Made by a program: the position numbers and the translations under genes
The notes under the pieces: model-generated
Databases searched by the model: none
What the model saw: only the letters and a program-made list of their open reading frames with translations
Told to the model about the DNA's origin: nothing
Shown: positions 17,531 through 27,448 of the stretch, one piece after another
How positions within the stretch are numbered: position 1 is the first letter of the stretch
Layout of the letters: every line of letters starts with the position of its first letter
Assembly (NCBI GenBank): GCA_963815585.1
Contig: CAWFHJ010000020.1
Coordinates: 88,673-152,672 of the forward strand
Length of the DNA stretch: 64,000 bases
Origin: an uncultured Actinomycetota bacterium
GTDB taxonomy: Bacteria > Actinomycetota > Actinomycetes > Propionibacteriales > Nocardioidaceae
Direction of reading: 5' to 3'

Positions 17531-18409
17531 ATGGAGCGGGACGTGTTCGGCAACTACCTGATCGGTCTGCGCGAGGGTCTCGAGGCCAGCCTCGTCGTCG
17601 TGATCCTGATCGCCTACCTGGTCAAGACGGACCGCCGACGGCTGCTGCCCCGGATCTGGGCCGGTGTCGCGGTCGCGGTGCTGGTCTCGCTCGCGTTCGG
17701 CGCGCTGCTGACCTACGGGCCGCGGCGGCTGACGTTCGAGGCCCAGGAGGCGATCGGCGGCATCCTCTCCCTGGTCGCCGTCGGCTTCGTGACCTGGATG
17801 GTCTTCTGGATGGCGCGCTCCGCGCGCGGCCTGTCCGGTGACCTCAGGGCCGGTGTCGACCGGGCCGCTGACGCGGGTCGCGCCAGCCTGGCGGTGGTGG
17901 CGATGCTCGCGGTCGGGCGCGAGGGTCTCGAGACCGCGCTGTTCCTCTGGGCAGCGACCGAGGCCGCCAGTGGCGGCGGCTCGGCGACCCGGCCGCTCCT
18001 GGGCGCGTTCCTCGGCCTCCTCACCGCCGTGGTGATGGGTTTCCTGTTCTACAAGGGCGTCCTCAAGATCAACCTCTCCAAGTTCTTCGCCTGGACCGGC
18101 GTGATCCTGATCGTGGTCGCCGCCGGCGTGCTCGCGTACGGCGTGCACGACCTCCAGGAGGCGGGCATCCTCCCGGGCCTGAACAGCCTCGCCTTCGACG
18201 TCACCGCCCAGATCCCGCCCGGCTCCTGGTACGGCACGCTGCTCAAGGGCACCCTCAACTTCTCGCCGGCCACCACGTGGCTCCAGGCGGGCGCGTGGAT
18301 CGCCTACGTCGTGCCGACCCTCACGCTCTTCCTGCGCGCAATCCGGAGCGGCAGCCGGCCGGCCACCCCCGCTCCCGCCACCGCACCGCAGCCCGCGTCC
18401 GGGCGCTGA
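17531..18409 (+). CDS. efeU: FTR1/EfeU iron permease
   Basis: Two REGLE motifs and multiple TM segments. Confidence 0.95.
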   Translation: MERDVFGNYLIGLREGLEASLVVVILIAYLVKTDRRRLLPRIWAGVAVAVLVSLAFGALLTYGPRRLTFEAQEAIGGILSLVAVGFVTWMVFWMARSARGLSGDLRAGVDRAADAGRASLAVVAMLAVGREGLETALFLWAATEAASGGGSATRPLLGAFLGLLTAVVMGFLFYKGVLKINLSKFFAWTGVILIVVAAGVLAYGVHDLQEAGILPGLNSLAFDVTAQIPPGSWYGTLLKGTLNFSPATTWLQAGAWIAYVVPTLTLFLRAIRSGSRPATPAPATAPQPASGR

Positions 18410-18423
18410 CGAAAGGCTCCTTC

Positions 18424-19584
18424 GTGCACCCCGCGCGCACCCTCCCGACCCTGCTCGCACTCACGCTGCTGACCGGCGCGTGCTCCCTGACCGAGTCCAA
18501 CAAGGACTCCTCGAAGGGCAGCCGCACGATCGCGGTCACCTCCAGTGACGATGCCTGCGAGCTCTCCAGTGACACCGCGCCCGCCGGGAACCTCGTCTTC
18601 AACGTCGAGAACACCGGCAGCAGCGTGACCGAGTTCTACGTGTACGCCGCCGACGGCAAGCGGATCGTCGCCGAGGTCGAGAACGTCGGACCGGGCCTGA
18701 AGCGGCAGCTCGTGGTCCGCGCCCCCAAGGGCACCTACCGGGCGGCGTGCAAGCCGGGCATGAAGGGCGACGGCATTCGCAAGGACTTCACGGTCACGCA
18801 GTCGAAGGAGGGCGACAAGATCAAGGGCCTCGACCAGGCGGCGCTCGAGCAGTCGACGAACCAGTACGCCGCCTACGTGCGCACCGAGTCGAAGGACCTG
18901 CTGGCCAAGACCGAGACGTTCGTCGCGCTCTACAAGGCCGGCAAGGACGAAGAGGCCCGCGCGCTCTACCCGGTGGCACGCGTGCACTGGGAGCGGATCG
19001 AGACCGTCGCCGAGTCGTTCGGCGACCTCGACCCGCGGATGGACCTCCGCGAGGCCGACCTCACCGATGGTCAGAGGTGGACCGGGTGGCACCGGATCGA
19101 GAAGGACCTGTGGCCGCCGTCGAGCTACACCGCGCTCAGCACACCCGAGCGCGCCACCATCGCCGACCGGCTGCTGGCCGACACCCACACGCTCGACACG
19201 CGGGTCACGAAGCTGACCTACACGGTCGACCAGATCGGCAACGGCGCGAAGAGCCTGCTCGACGAGGTGGCGACCGGCAAGGTGACCGGCGAGGAGGAGG
19301 TCTGGTCGCACACCGACCTCTACGACTTCCAGGCCAACGTCGACGGCGCCAAGCAGGCGTTCGAGGGTCTGGTGCCGTTGCTCGAGGTCAAGGACCCGGA
19401 GCTGGTCGAGACCCTGGACGCCCGGTTCGACGCGCTGCAGGCGCTGCTCGACGAGCACCGCGCGGGCAAGGAGGGATTCGTCTCCTACACCCAGCTGACC
19501 AAGCCGCAGGTCAAGCAGCTCAGCGACGCCGTCAACGCGCTGTCCGAGCCGCTGTCGCGGATGACCGGCGCCGTCACGCTGTGA
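18424..19584 (+). CDS. efeO: EfeO iron-uptake lipoprotein (cupredoxin plus M75 domain)
   Basis: Lipobox LTGAC, ACKPGM, WERIETVAESFGDLD, GWHRIEKDLW, EEEVWSHTDL. Confidence 0.94.
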   Translation: MHPARTLPTLLALTLLTGACSLTESNKDSSKGSRTIAVTSSDDACELSSDTAPAGNLVFNVENTGSSVTEFYVYAADGKRIVAEVENVGPGLKRQLVVRAPKGTYRAACKPGMKGDGIRKDFTVTQSKEGDKIKGLDQAALEQSTNQYAAYVRTESKDLLAKTETFVALYKAGKDEEARALYPVARVHWERIETVAESFGDLDPRMDLREADLTDGQRWTGWHRIEKDLWPPSSYTALSTPERATIADRLLADTHTLDTRVTKLTYTVDQIGNGAKSLLDEVATGKVTGEEEVWSHTDLYDFQANVDGAKQAFEGLVPLLEVKDPELVETLDARFDALQALLDEHRAGKEGFVSYTQLTKPQVKQLSDAVNALSEPLSRMTGAVTL

Positions 19585-20855
19585 GCCCGGACGCACCGCG
19601 CGGCGGGGGGATGAGCCGCCGCCGGATGCTCGGCGTGGCCGGAGCCGGAGCGGCGGTCGGCGCGGCCGGCATCGGCGGGTTCGCCGTCGCCCAGGCAGAC
19701 GGCGCGTCCGCGGACACGACGGGTGACAACGCGTTCGCGTTCCACGGCGGTCACCAGGCCGGCATCGTCACACCGGCCCAGGACCGGCTGCACTTCGCAG
19801 CGTTCGACGTCACCACGTCATCCCGCGAGGAGCTGGTCGGCCTGCTCCAGGCATGGACCCGGGCAGCCGTCGAGTTGACCCGCGGGGACCAGGTCGGGAG
19901 CGGCGCGCCGGCGTCGTACGACCTGCCGCCGGCCGACACCGGAGAGGCGATCGGACTGCCTCCGAGCGGGCTGACCCTGACCTTCGGCTTCGGGCCGACG
20001 TTGTTCCGCAAGGACGGCAAGAACCGCTTCGGCCTCGCCGACAAGCAGCCGGCCGCACTCCGTCGCCTCCCACACTTCCCGGCCGACAACCTCGACCCCG
20101 AGCGCAGCGACGGCGACCTGTGCGTCCAGGCCTGTGCCGACGACCCGCAGGTGGCGGTGCACGCGATCCGCAACCTCTCCCGGATCGCCTTCGGCACGGC
20201 CGCCCTGCGCTGGGCCCAGCTCGGCTTCGGGCGCACCTCGTCCACGTCCACCCAGCAGGCCACCCCGCGCAACCTCTTCGGCTTCAAGGACGGCACCAAC
20301 AACCTCAAGGCCGAGGACCGCCGGGGCATCGACGAGTTCGTCTGGGTGCGGGACGGCGACGACGACGCAGCCGCCTGGCTGACCGGCGGCTCCTACCTGG
20401 TCGCCCGCCGGATCAGCATGCAGATCGAGCCCTGGGACCGCACCAGCCTGCACGAGCAGGAGAACCTGGTCGGCCGCGACCGGGACGAGGGGGCCCCGCT
20501 CTCCGGCGGCACGGAGTTCACCCAGCCCGACTTCGGCCTCGCCGGCCGCGACGGCCCGCTGGTGCCGATCGACTCCCACGTGCGGCTCGCCCACCCGAAG
20601 CAGAACCACGGCGTGCAGATGCTGCGCCGCGGCTACAACTTCACCGACGGCAACAACTCGCTGGGCCGGCTCGACGCCGGACTCTTCTTCATCGCCTACG
20701 TGCGCGACCCGGACCGGCACTACATTCCGATGCAGACCCGGCTCTCGCGCCACGACGGTCTGATGGAGTACCTCCAGCACACCGGATCGGGACTGTTCGC
20801 CGTCCCCGCCGGGGTCCGACCGGGCTCTTACCTCGGTCAGGCGCTCTTCGCCTGA
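19581..20855 (+). CDS. efeB: Tat-exported Dyp-type peroxidase/deferrochelatase
   Basis: SRRRML Tat motif, HQAGIVTP, FGFKDGTNN, SHVRLAHP, LRRGYNF. Confidence 0.95.
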   Translation: MSPDAPRGGGMSRRRMLGVAGAGAAVGAAGIGGFAVAQADGASADTTGDNAFAFHGGHQAGIVTPAQDRLHFAAFDVTTSSREELVGLLQAWTRAAVELTRGDQVGSGAPASYDLPPADTGEAIGLPPSGLTLTFGFGPTLFRKDGKNRFGLADKQPAALRRLPHFPADNLDPERSDGDLCVQACADDPQVAVHAIRNLSRIAFGTAALRWAQLGFGRTSSTSTQQATPRNLFGFKDGTNNLKAEDRRGIDEFVWVRDGDDDAAAWLTGGSYLVARRISMQIEPWDRTSLHEQENLVGRDRDEGAPLSGGTEFTQPDFGLAGRDGPLVPIDSHVRLAHPKQNHGVQMLRRGYNFTDGNNSLGRLDAGLFFIAYVRDPDRHYIPMQTRLSRHDGLMEYLQHTGSGLFAVPAGVRPGSYLGQALFA

Positions 20856-20974
20856 ACGACACGCCTGTAACTCTCTGATTATTTTCACTTCAGTCACACG
20901 AGTGCTCAAATTTCCTGCATACTCCGGTGCAGTCACAGCCGACAAATCGGTCACGCACAAGGAGACACGCCGGC

Positions 20975-22285
20975 ATGCGCACTCGGATTTCCTTCCCCCG
21001 CCGCACCCCTCAGCGGCTGGTCCGCGGCCTCGCCGTGCTCGGCCTGGCGAGCGCCCTGGCGCTCCCGGCGGTCGCCCAGGCGACCACACCGCCCGAGGAC
21101 CGGTCGACGCCTCCGCCGAACGTGACCTTCCCGGTGGCGCTCTCCGCCAACCCGGTCGACGCCCACACCTACGTCTCCGGCCGACACCTCGGCACCGAGA
21201 TCAACGCCGCCTGCGGCACCGTGGTCAAGGCCACGACGCCGGGCACCGTGCGGATCCGCACCGACCAGCGCTGGGCCGGCAAGGCACTGGTCAAGGTCTT
21301 CACCACGCAGTACCGGCTGACCACCTACTACGCCTACCTCGACCGGATCGACGTCAGCGACAACCAGATCGTCCAGGCCGGCCAGCCGATCGGCACGGTC
21401 GGCGACCTGGGTGACGCCAAGCGCTGCCAGCTGGGCTTCCAGGTGCGCAACGACGCCGGCCGCACGATCTACAACCCTTCCGGCTTCCTCAACACGTACG
21501 TCGGCGCGAAGGTCCCGGTGACCCAGCTCTTCGGCAACAAGGGGTTCCGGCTCGCGAGCCTCAACGTGCTCGGCGCCAGCCACACCAAGAGGCCCGGCGG
21601 AGACGCGGGCAGCCGCTATCCCGGCTACACGACGCGCACCCCGAAGGCGATCAAGGTCCTCGACGACAACGCCGTCGACGTGGTCGGTCTGCAGGAGTTC
21701 CAGCACCCGCAGCACGAGCTGTTCCAGAAGCTCGCCGGCAAGCGGTACGGCGTCTACCCGGCCAAGCGGGACGTGGACACCGAGAACGCGATCGCCTGGC
21801 GGCTCTCGTCCTTCGACCTGGTCGAGGCGCACCGGTTCGACGTCACCTACTTCAACGGCAGCACCCGCAAGATGCCGTACCTCCTGCTGCGGCAGCGCTC
21901 GACCGGCTACACGGCGTGGTTCATCAACGTCCACAACCCGGCGAACACCTACAAGTACAAGCACCAGGAGAAGTACCGCGCCAAGGCGATCGCCGCCGAG
22001 CGCGAGCTGGTGATCAAGCTGCGCGGCACCGGCCGCCCGGTCTTCCTGACCGGCGACCTGAACGACCGCGAGGCCGCGTTCTGCCCGCTCACGGCCGGCA
22101 AGCTGATGCTGGCGCCGCAGAGCGTCCCGAGCATGACCTGCGCCCCGCCTGCCAACCCCTGGATCGACTGGATCCTCGGCGCCGGCCAGACCCGGTTCAC
22201 GACGTACACCCGGGACTGGACGATCAGGGACCGCAACATCACCGACCACCCGTTGGTGCTCAGCCAGACCTACCTGGCCGAGTGA
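20975..22285 (+). CDS. Secreted fusion: degenerate M23 peptidase-like domain plus endonuclease/exonuclease/phosphatase domain
   Basis: Signal peptide; M23-like HLGTE/YAYL/GQPIGTVG/QLGF; EEP motifs LNVLG, GLQE, TGDLND, IDWI, DHP; AAGGAG RBS. Confidence 0.8.
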   Translation: MRTRISFPRRTPQRLVRGLAVLGLASALALPAVAQATTPPEDRSTPPPNVTFPVALSANPVDAHTYVSGRHLGTEINAACGTVVKATTPGTVRIRTDQRWAGKALVKVFTTQYRLTTYYAYLDRIDVSDNQIVQAGQPIGTVGDLGDAKRCQLGFQVRNDAGRTIYNPSGFLNTYVGAKVPVTQLFGNKGFRLASLNVLGASHTKRPGGDAGSRYPGYTTRTPKAIKVLDDNAVDVVGLQEFQHPQHELFQKLAGKRYGVYPAKRDVDTENAIAWRLSSFDLVEAHRFDVTYFNGSTRKMPYLLLRQRSTGYTAWFINVHNPANTYKYKHQEKYRAKAIAAERELVIKLRGTGRPVFLTGDLNDREAAFCPLTAGKLMLAPQSVPSMTCAPPANPWIDWILGAGQTRFTTYTRDWTIRDRNITDHPLVLSQTYLAE

Positions 22286-22294
22286 CGGGCGCGC

Positions 22295-23479
22295 TCAGCG
22301 CACGTCGAACCTGATCCCGGCGTCGACCAGGCGCCGGGTCAGGTGCTCGCCCATCGCGACCGCGGTGGTCACCTGGCCGGCGGTCGGCGGGTTGTCGTCG
22401 AAGGCCAGGCTCAGCGCCGACTCGGCGAGCATCTTCGCGGTCTCGGTGTAGCCGGGGTCGCCGCCGGAGACGCGGGTGTGCACGGTGGTGCCGCCGGCCT
22501 CGCCGACGAAGTCGACGGTGAACCAGGACTTGTCGCGACGTGACTCGGACGGTCCGTCGCCGGGCTTGATCCGGGACTGGAGCGCCTTGCGCAGCGGCGG
22601 CACTTGGGCGCCCACCATCACGACGCCGGCGCCGAGCACCGTCCCGGCGACGTAGGGCAGCGTCTTGAAGCCGGCGTAGTGCGAGTAGCGGAAGTCCGGG
22701 CCGTAGCGCTCGAGCGCGGCACCGGAGCGAGCCACCACGAACGGGTCGATGGTCGGCAGCGGCAGCAGCCAGAAGCCGAGCTCGCGGTCCCGGTGCGGCT
22801 TGCCTGCCACGGCCCGCGCCTTGCGGCCACCGGCCGGCTTGCCCTCCTTCTTGCGTCGCGCCTGCATCGCGCTGCGCATGTGCCCCGCTCGTGAGAAGGC
22901 GGTCAGCGCGGAGTGGAAGGTGCCGCCGGAGAACTGCGCCCCGGCCCGTACGACGCCGCGCAGCCGCACGGGCTGGCCCTCGGGCAGCGCGAGCACGGTG
23001 TGCCGGGCGCCGAGGTCGTGCGGGATCGAGTCGAAGCCGCACGCGTGCACCAGCCGGGCGCCCGTGGCGACGGCACGGTCGTGGTGCTCGACGTACATCC
23101 GGTCCACGAACTCGGGCTCGCCGGTGAGGTCGACGTAGTCGGTGCCGGCGTCCGCGCACGCGGCCACCAGGGGCCCGCCGTACAACAGGTAGGGCCCGAC
23201 GGTGCTGATCACGACGCGCGTGGACCGGGCGAGGTCGGCCAGCGACGTCTCGTCCCCGGAGTCAGCCTCGACCAGCGGCAGGTCGGCCAGCGCGGGGTCG
23301 ATCGCGACGAGCCGCGACCGCACCTCCTCGAGCCGGCCGCGGTTGCGCCCGGCCAGGGCCCAGCGGCAGCCGTCGGGGGCGTGGCGGGCGAGGTACTCGG
23401 CCGTGAGCGCACCGGTGAAGCCGGTCGCCCCCAGCAGCACGACGTCGTAGGGGCGCTGGTCTCGCGGGATCTCGGTCAC
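22295..23479 (-). CDS. Saccharopine dehydrogenase-like oxidoreductase (trans-acting enoyl reductase family)
   Basis: LLGATGFTG, TVGPY, YVDLTGE, CGFDSIPHD, GDPGYTET. Confidence 0.9.
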   Translation of the reverse strand: MTEIPRDQRPYDVVLLGATGFTGALTAEYLARHAPDGCRWALAGRNRGRLEEVRSRLVAIDPALADLPLVEADSGDETSLADLARSTRVVISTVGPYLLYGGPLVAACADAGTDYVDLTGEPEFVDRMYVEHHDRAVATGARLVHACGFDSIPHDLGARHTVLALPEGQPVRLRGVVRAGAQFSGGTFHSALTAFSRAGHMRSAMQARRKKEGKPAGGRKARAVAGKPHRDRELGFWLLPLPTIDPFVVARSGAALERYGPDFRYSHYAGFKTLPYVAGTVLGAGVVMVGAQVPPLRKALQSRIKPGDGPSESRRDKSWFTVDFVGEAGGTTVHTRVSGGDPGYTETAKMLAESALSLAFDDNPPTAGQVTTAVAMGEHLTRRLVDAGIRFDVR

Positions 23480-23537
23480 GGGAGCCACTCTGCCGGTAGT
23501 GCGGGAACCATCCCAGCCCCGTCCGCGTCGGAGCCCC

Positions 23538-25481
23538 ATGAGGAAGGTCACGAAGATCGGTGCTGGGAGCGGACTGACAGCGGTGGGACTCACCGCCCTG
23601 GTGGCGTCGGGGGTGCTGTCCGCGAGTGCCGCGCTCGTGGTCACCGATCCGGTGGCGCCGCCGGCGAGCGCGGAGGCCGGGCTCACCGCCTTCGACTCCT
23701 GCGACCAGCTGCTGACCTGGTATCGCGAGCAGGGGCTGCGCAAGGTCGGCGCCTACGGCTGGGACGGCAACCGCCCGATCTACTACGCGATGGAGGACAG
23801 CGTCTCCGGCACCTCCGAGCTTCGGTCGGCGGCGCCGTCGTCCACCGACGTCGCCGTCGGCAGCTCGGCCACCGGGACGAACACCCAGGAGGCCGGGGTC
23901 GACGAGCCCGACCGGGCCAAGACCAACGGGACCCTGCTGGTGCGGGTGGTCGAGCACAGCGTGCTGCTCAGCGACGTGAGCGGCGACCAGCCGAAGGCGC
24001 TGGCGTCGTACGCGCTCCCGGACACGATGTACGACGCCGAGGTGCTGCTGGTCGGTGACCGCGTGGTCGTGACGGCGACGGGTCCCGTGGCGTACGGCGG
24101 GCCGGTGAGCGACTGGGGCGGCGTGCGGCGCTCCACCATCTCCCGCGCCACGGGCAGCCGGGTGCTGGTGCTCGACGTGTCCGACCCCGGTCGTCCGACG
24201 CTCGTCTCGGACCGCACCTTCTCCGGCACCGTGCTCTCGGCCCGGCAGTACGGCGGCACGGTGCGGCTGGTGACGCAGACGCCCGCGCCTTCGCTTCGCT
24301 TCGTGTTCCCCACCGACGACGACAACCGTCGCCACGCGGAGGCGAAGAATCGAGCCGTCGTCCGGAACAGCACCCTGGCGGACTGGCTGCCGTCGGTCAC
24401 CTCGGCGGCCGACGGCAGGCAGCGGCTGGTGGCGTGCGACCAGGTGCTGCACCCCGTGCACGGCTCGGGCGTCGGCACGATCGCCGTTGTCGGCTTCGAC
24501 GTGGACACCCCTGACGACCGCTCGAGCGTCGCGGTGACCGCGGGCGGTGACACCGTCTACTCCTCGACCGACCGGCTGTACGTCGCGACCACGGACTACT
24601 CCGACGGCCTGCTGAACCGGCTCGGCTCGCGGATCGTCGGCAAGCGCGCCCAGCCGGTCGCCCGCACCGACGTGCACGCGTTCGACCTGCGAGGCACCGG
24701 GGCGTCGTACACGGCCAGCGGCAGCGTCCGCGGCGTGCTCAAGGACCGCTGGTCGATGGACGAGTACGACGGGCACCTGCGGCTGGCGATCGCCACCGGG
24801 TCGCCGTTCACGACCGGTGACGGCGCGAACCGTTCGGGTGCCAACGCGATCGTGACGTTCGCCCGCGACGGCGGCCGACTGGTCGAGTCCGGGCGCGTGG
24901 CGGGGCTCGGCAGGGGCGAGGAGATCAAGGCGGTGCGCTGGTTCGACGACCTGGCCGTCGTGGTGACCTTCCGCCAGATGGACCCGCTCTACACCGTGGA
25001 CCTCTCCGACCCGGGCCACCCGCGACTGATGGGCGAGCTCAAGATCCCCGGCTTCTCCGGCTACCTGCACCCGATCGGCCACGACCGGCTGCTCGGCGTC
25101 GGCGTCGACGCGGACAGCCACGGTCGTGCGCTCGGCGCGCAGGTGTCGGTGTTCGACATCTCCGACCTCGCACGCCCGGTGCAGGTGGACCGCCACGCCT
25201 ACGGACCCCAGAGCAACCTCGCGGCGACCGACGACCCGCGCGGCTTCACCTGGATCCCGGGTGCCGACGGGGCCGGGGTCGGCTGGACACAGGTGCAGGA
25301 CTACGACGAGGCCAACAGCTTCCAGCTCTCCCGGATCGCGACCGACACGGCAGGTCACCTCAGCCTGTCCACGACCCACCTGCGCACGACCGACGCCTGG
25401 AACGGTGGCCGGGTGCTGCCGCTGCCGGGTGACCGGGTGCTGCTGGTGGCGGGGTCGACGGCGACGATCCTCCCGGGCTGA
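23538..25481 (+). CDS. Secreted beta-propeller domain protein (Beta_propel family)
   Basis: Signal peptide; TNTQEAGVDEPDRAKTNG, WSMDEYDGHLR, VVTFRQMDPLYTVDL, ELKIPGFSGYLHP. Confidence 0.88.
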   Translation: MRKVTKIGAGSGLTAVGLTALVASGVLSASAALVVTDPVAPPASAEAGLTAFDSCDQLLTWYREQGLRKVGAYGWDGNRPIYYAMEDSVSGTSELRSAAPSSTDVAVGSSATGTNTQEAGVDEPDRAKTNGTLLVRVVEHSVLLSDVSGDQPKALASYALPDTMYDAEVLLVGDRVVVTATGPVAYGGPVSDWGGVRRSTISRATGSRVLVLDVSDPGRPTLVSDRTFSGTVLSARQYGGTVRLVTQTPAPSLRFVFPTDDDNRRHAEAKNRAVVRNSTLADWLPSVTSAADGRQRLVACDQVLHPVHGSGVGTIAVVGFDVDTPDDRSSVAVTAGGDTVYSSTDRLYVATTDYSDGLLNRLGSRIVGKRAQPVARTDVHAFDLRGTGASYTASGSVRGVLKDRWSMDEYDGHLRLAIATGSPFTTGDGANRSGANAIVTFARDGGRLVESGRVAGLGRGEEIKAVRWFDDLAVVVTFRQMDPLYTVDLSDPGHPRLMGELKIPGFSGYLHPIGHDRLLGVGVDADSHGRALGAQVSVFDISDLARPVQVDRHAYGPQSNLAATDDPRGFTWIPGADGAGVGWTQVQDYDEANSFQLSRIATDTAGHLSLSTTHLRTTDAWNGGRVLPLPGDRVLLVAGSTATILPG

Positions 25482-25546
25482 CCGCCGGGCCGATCATCGG
25501 GCCGATCATCGGGCGGGAATGCCGCCGCCCGTCGTACGCTCGGGGC

Positions 25547-25813
25547 ATGTGCCGGAACATCCGTCCCCTCCACAACTTCGAGCCGCCCGCCACGCGCGAC
25601 GAGATGCACGCCGCGGCGGTGCAGTACGTCCGCAAGATCAGTGGCACGACCAAGCCGAGCCTGGCCAACCAGGAGGCGTTCGACCGGGCCGTGCTCGAGA
25701 TCGCCGCGTCGACCCGCACGCTGCTGGCCGAGCTGACCACCAACGCCCCGCCCAAGGACCGCGACGTCGAGGCCGCCAAGCGGCGGGCCCGCGCCGAGGC
25801 GCGCTACGCGTGA
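25547..25813 (+). CDS. DUF2277 family protein
   Basis: MCRNIRPLHNFEPPAT...AAVQYVRKISG. Confidence 0.9.
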   Translation: MCRNIRPLHNFEPPATRDEMHAAAVQYVRKISGTTKPSLANQEAFDRAVLEIAASTRTLLAELTTNAPPKDRDVEAAKRRARAEARYA

Positions 25814-26637
25814 ACCCTGCGGACGTCCTCGGCGGCCGGCTGGTCGTGCTCACCGGTGCCGGTCTCTCGACCGACTCCGGCATCCCCGACTACCGCGGGC
25901 CGGGTGCACCGGTACGGATGCCGATGACCTACCAGGAGTTCGTCGCCGGGCCGGACTCGCAGCAGCGCTACTGGGCCCGTGCGCACGTCGGCTGGTCGCG
26001 GATGCGGCGGGCCGAGCCCAACGCCGGCCACCACGCGCTCGCCCGCCTCGACGCGCTGGGCAAGGTCGGGCTGCTGGTCACGCAGAACGTCGACGGCCTG
26101 CACGAACGCGCCGGCTCGCAGTCCGTGGTCGCCCTGCACGGCCGGATCTCCGACGTGGTGTGCATCGACTGCCGGCGCGTGGTCGGCCGGTCCTCCGTCC
26201 AGGCCCGGATGACCGACCTCAACCCCGGCTGGGCCCGCAGGCACGCCGAGGCGCTCGCGCGCCCCGACGGTGACGTCGCCCTCGAGGAGACCGCCGGCTT
26301 CGTGGTCCCCGCCTGCGAGGACTGCGGCGGCCGGCTCAAGCCCGACGTGGTCTTCTTCGGCGAGAACGTCCCCAAGGACCGCGTCGCCCGGGTCCACGCC
26401 GCCCTCGACGACGCCGACGCCCTGCTCGTCGCGGGCTCGTCGCTGACGGTGATGTCCGGCCTGCGCTTCGTGCGCTACGCCGCCAAGGCCGGGATGCCCG
26501 TGGTGATCGTCAACCGTGGCGTGACCCGGGGCGACGACCTCGCGACGTACAAGGTCGAGGAGGGCTGCAGCGAGTTCCTCAGCGGGCTGGTGGAGACCCA
26601 CTCCCCGAGCGAAGCTGCCTCGTCCCTCAGGGTGTAG
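25810..26637 (+). CDS. NAD-dependent protein deacylase (sirtuin)
   Basis: GAGLSTDSGIPDYRG, TQNVDGLH, HG, two CxxC, KPDVVFFGE. Confidence 0.95.
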   Translation: MNPADVLGGRLVVLTGAGLSTDSGIPDYRGPGAPVRMPMTYQEFVAGPDSQQRYWARAHVGWSRMRRAEPNAGHHALARLDALGKVGLLVTQNVDGLHERAGSQSVVALHGRISDVVCIDCRRVVGRSSVQARMTDLNPGWARRHAEALARPDGDVALEETAGFVVPACEDCGGRLKPDVVFFGENVPKDRVARVHAALDDADALLVAGSSLTVMSGLRFVRYAAKAGMPVVIVNRGVTRGDDLATYKVEEGCSEFLSGLVETHSPSEAASSLRV

Positions 26638-26687
26638 CGCGCGGGAAGAGGGTGGACACCACGGAACCGCGGTGTCTGGACCCGTGC

Positions 26688-27377
26688 TCAGACCCGCTTC
26701 ACGAAGATGTGCTCGGCGGCATCAGGAAGCACCTCGGCGGTCTCGCCGCCCGCACCGACCAGGATGCCCTCCTCGCTGGCGACCGCACTGACCACGGCAC
26801 CCGGCAGCGCGCCGACGCGGCGCAGCGCGCGCATCAACGACTCGTCCTTCTGCATCTCCTCGGAGATCCGGCGCACCCGCACCAGCACCGGCTCGGTCAT
26901 CGTGCCCATCGCGAGCAGCGGCTCGACACCCTCCATGAACTCCTCGCCGCCAGGGCTCTCCCCGAGCTCGCCGAGGCCCGGGATCGGGTTGCCGTACGGC
27001 GACTCCGTGGGATGACCGAGCAGCTCGATCAGCCGGCGCTCGACGCTCTCCGAGATCACGTGCTCCCAGCGGCACGCCTCCTCGTGGACCAGCTCCCACT
27101 CCAGGCCGATCACGTCGCTGAGCAGGCGCTCGGCCAGCCGGTGCTTGCGCATCACGCGGGTGGCCATGCCGAGCCCGTCGTCGGTGAGCTGGAGGTGGCG
27201 GTCACCCTCGACCGTGACCAGGCCGTCGCGCTCCATCCGGGCCACCGTCTGGCTGACCGTCGGACCACTCTGGTGCAGGCGCTCGGCGATCCGGGCCCGC
27301 AGCGGGACGATGCCCTCCTCGACCAGCTCGTAGATGGTGCGGAGGTACATCTCGGTGGTGTCGATCAGGTCGCTCAC
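26688..27377 (-). CDS. ideR: IdeR/DtxR iron-dependent regulator
   Basis: DTTEMYLRTIYEL, RARIAERL, VMRKHRLAERLL, EACRWEHV, SPYGNPIPGL. Confidence 0.93.
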   Translation of the reverse strand: MSDLIDTTEMYLRTIYELVEEGIVPLRARIAERLHQSGPTVSQTVARMERDGLVTVEGDRHLQLTDDGLGMATRVMRKHRLAERLLSDVIGLEWELVHEEACRWEHVISESVERRLIELLGHPTESPYGNPIPGLGELGESPGGEEFMEGVEPLLAMGTMTEPVLVRVRRISEEMQKDESLMRALRRVGALPGAVVSAVASEEGILVGAGGETAEVLPDAAEHIFVKRV

Positions 27378-27448
27378 CCACCCATTGTTGCCGACCCCCC
27401 TCGGGCTGGTGAAATGGTGGGGACCCGCCCGTCCCTCCGAGGAGTCCC

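Noticed and set aside
20856-20974. c-di-AMP (ydaO) riboswitch upstream of the M23-domain gene
   Set aside because: The AT-rich leader lacks the conserved ydaO sequence blocks and stems; it looks like an ordinary promoter
25486-25513. GGGCCGATCATC direct duplication
   Set aside because: Two copies of 12 bp in a short spacer; consistent with simple slippage, no further structure
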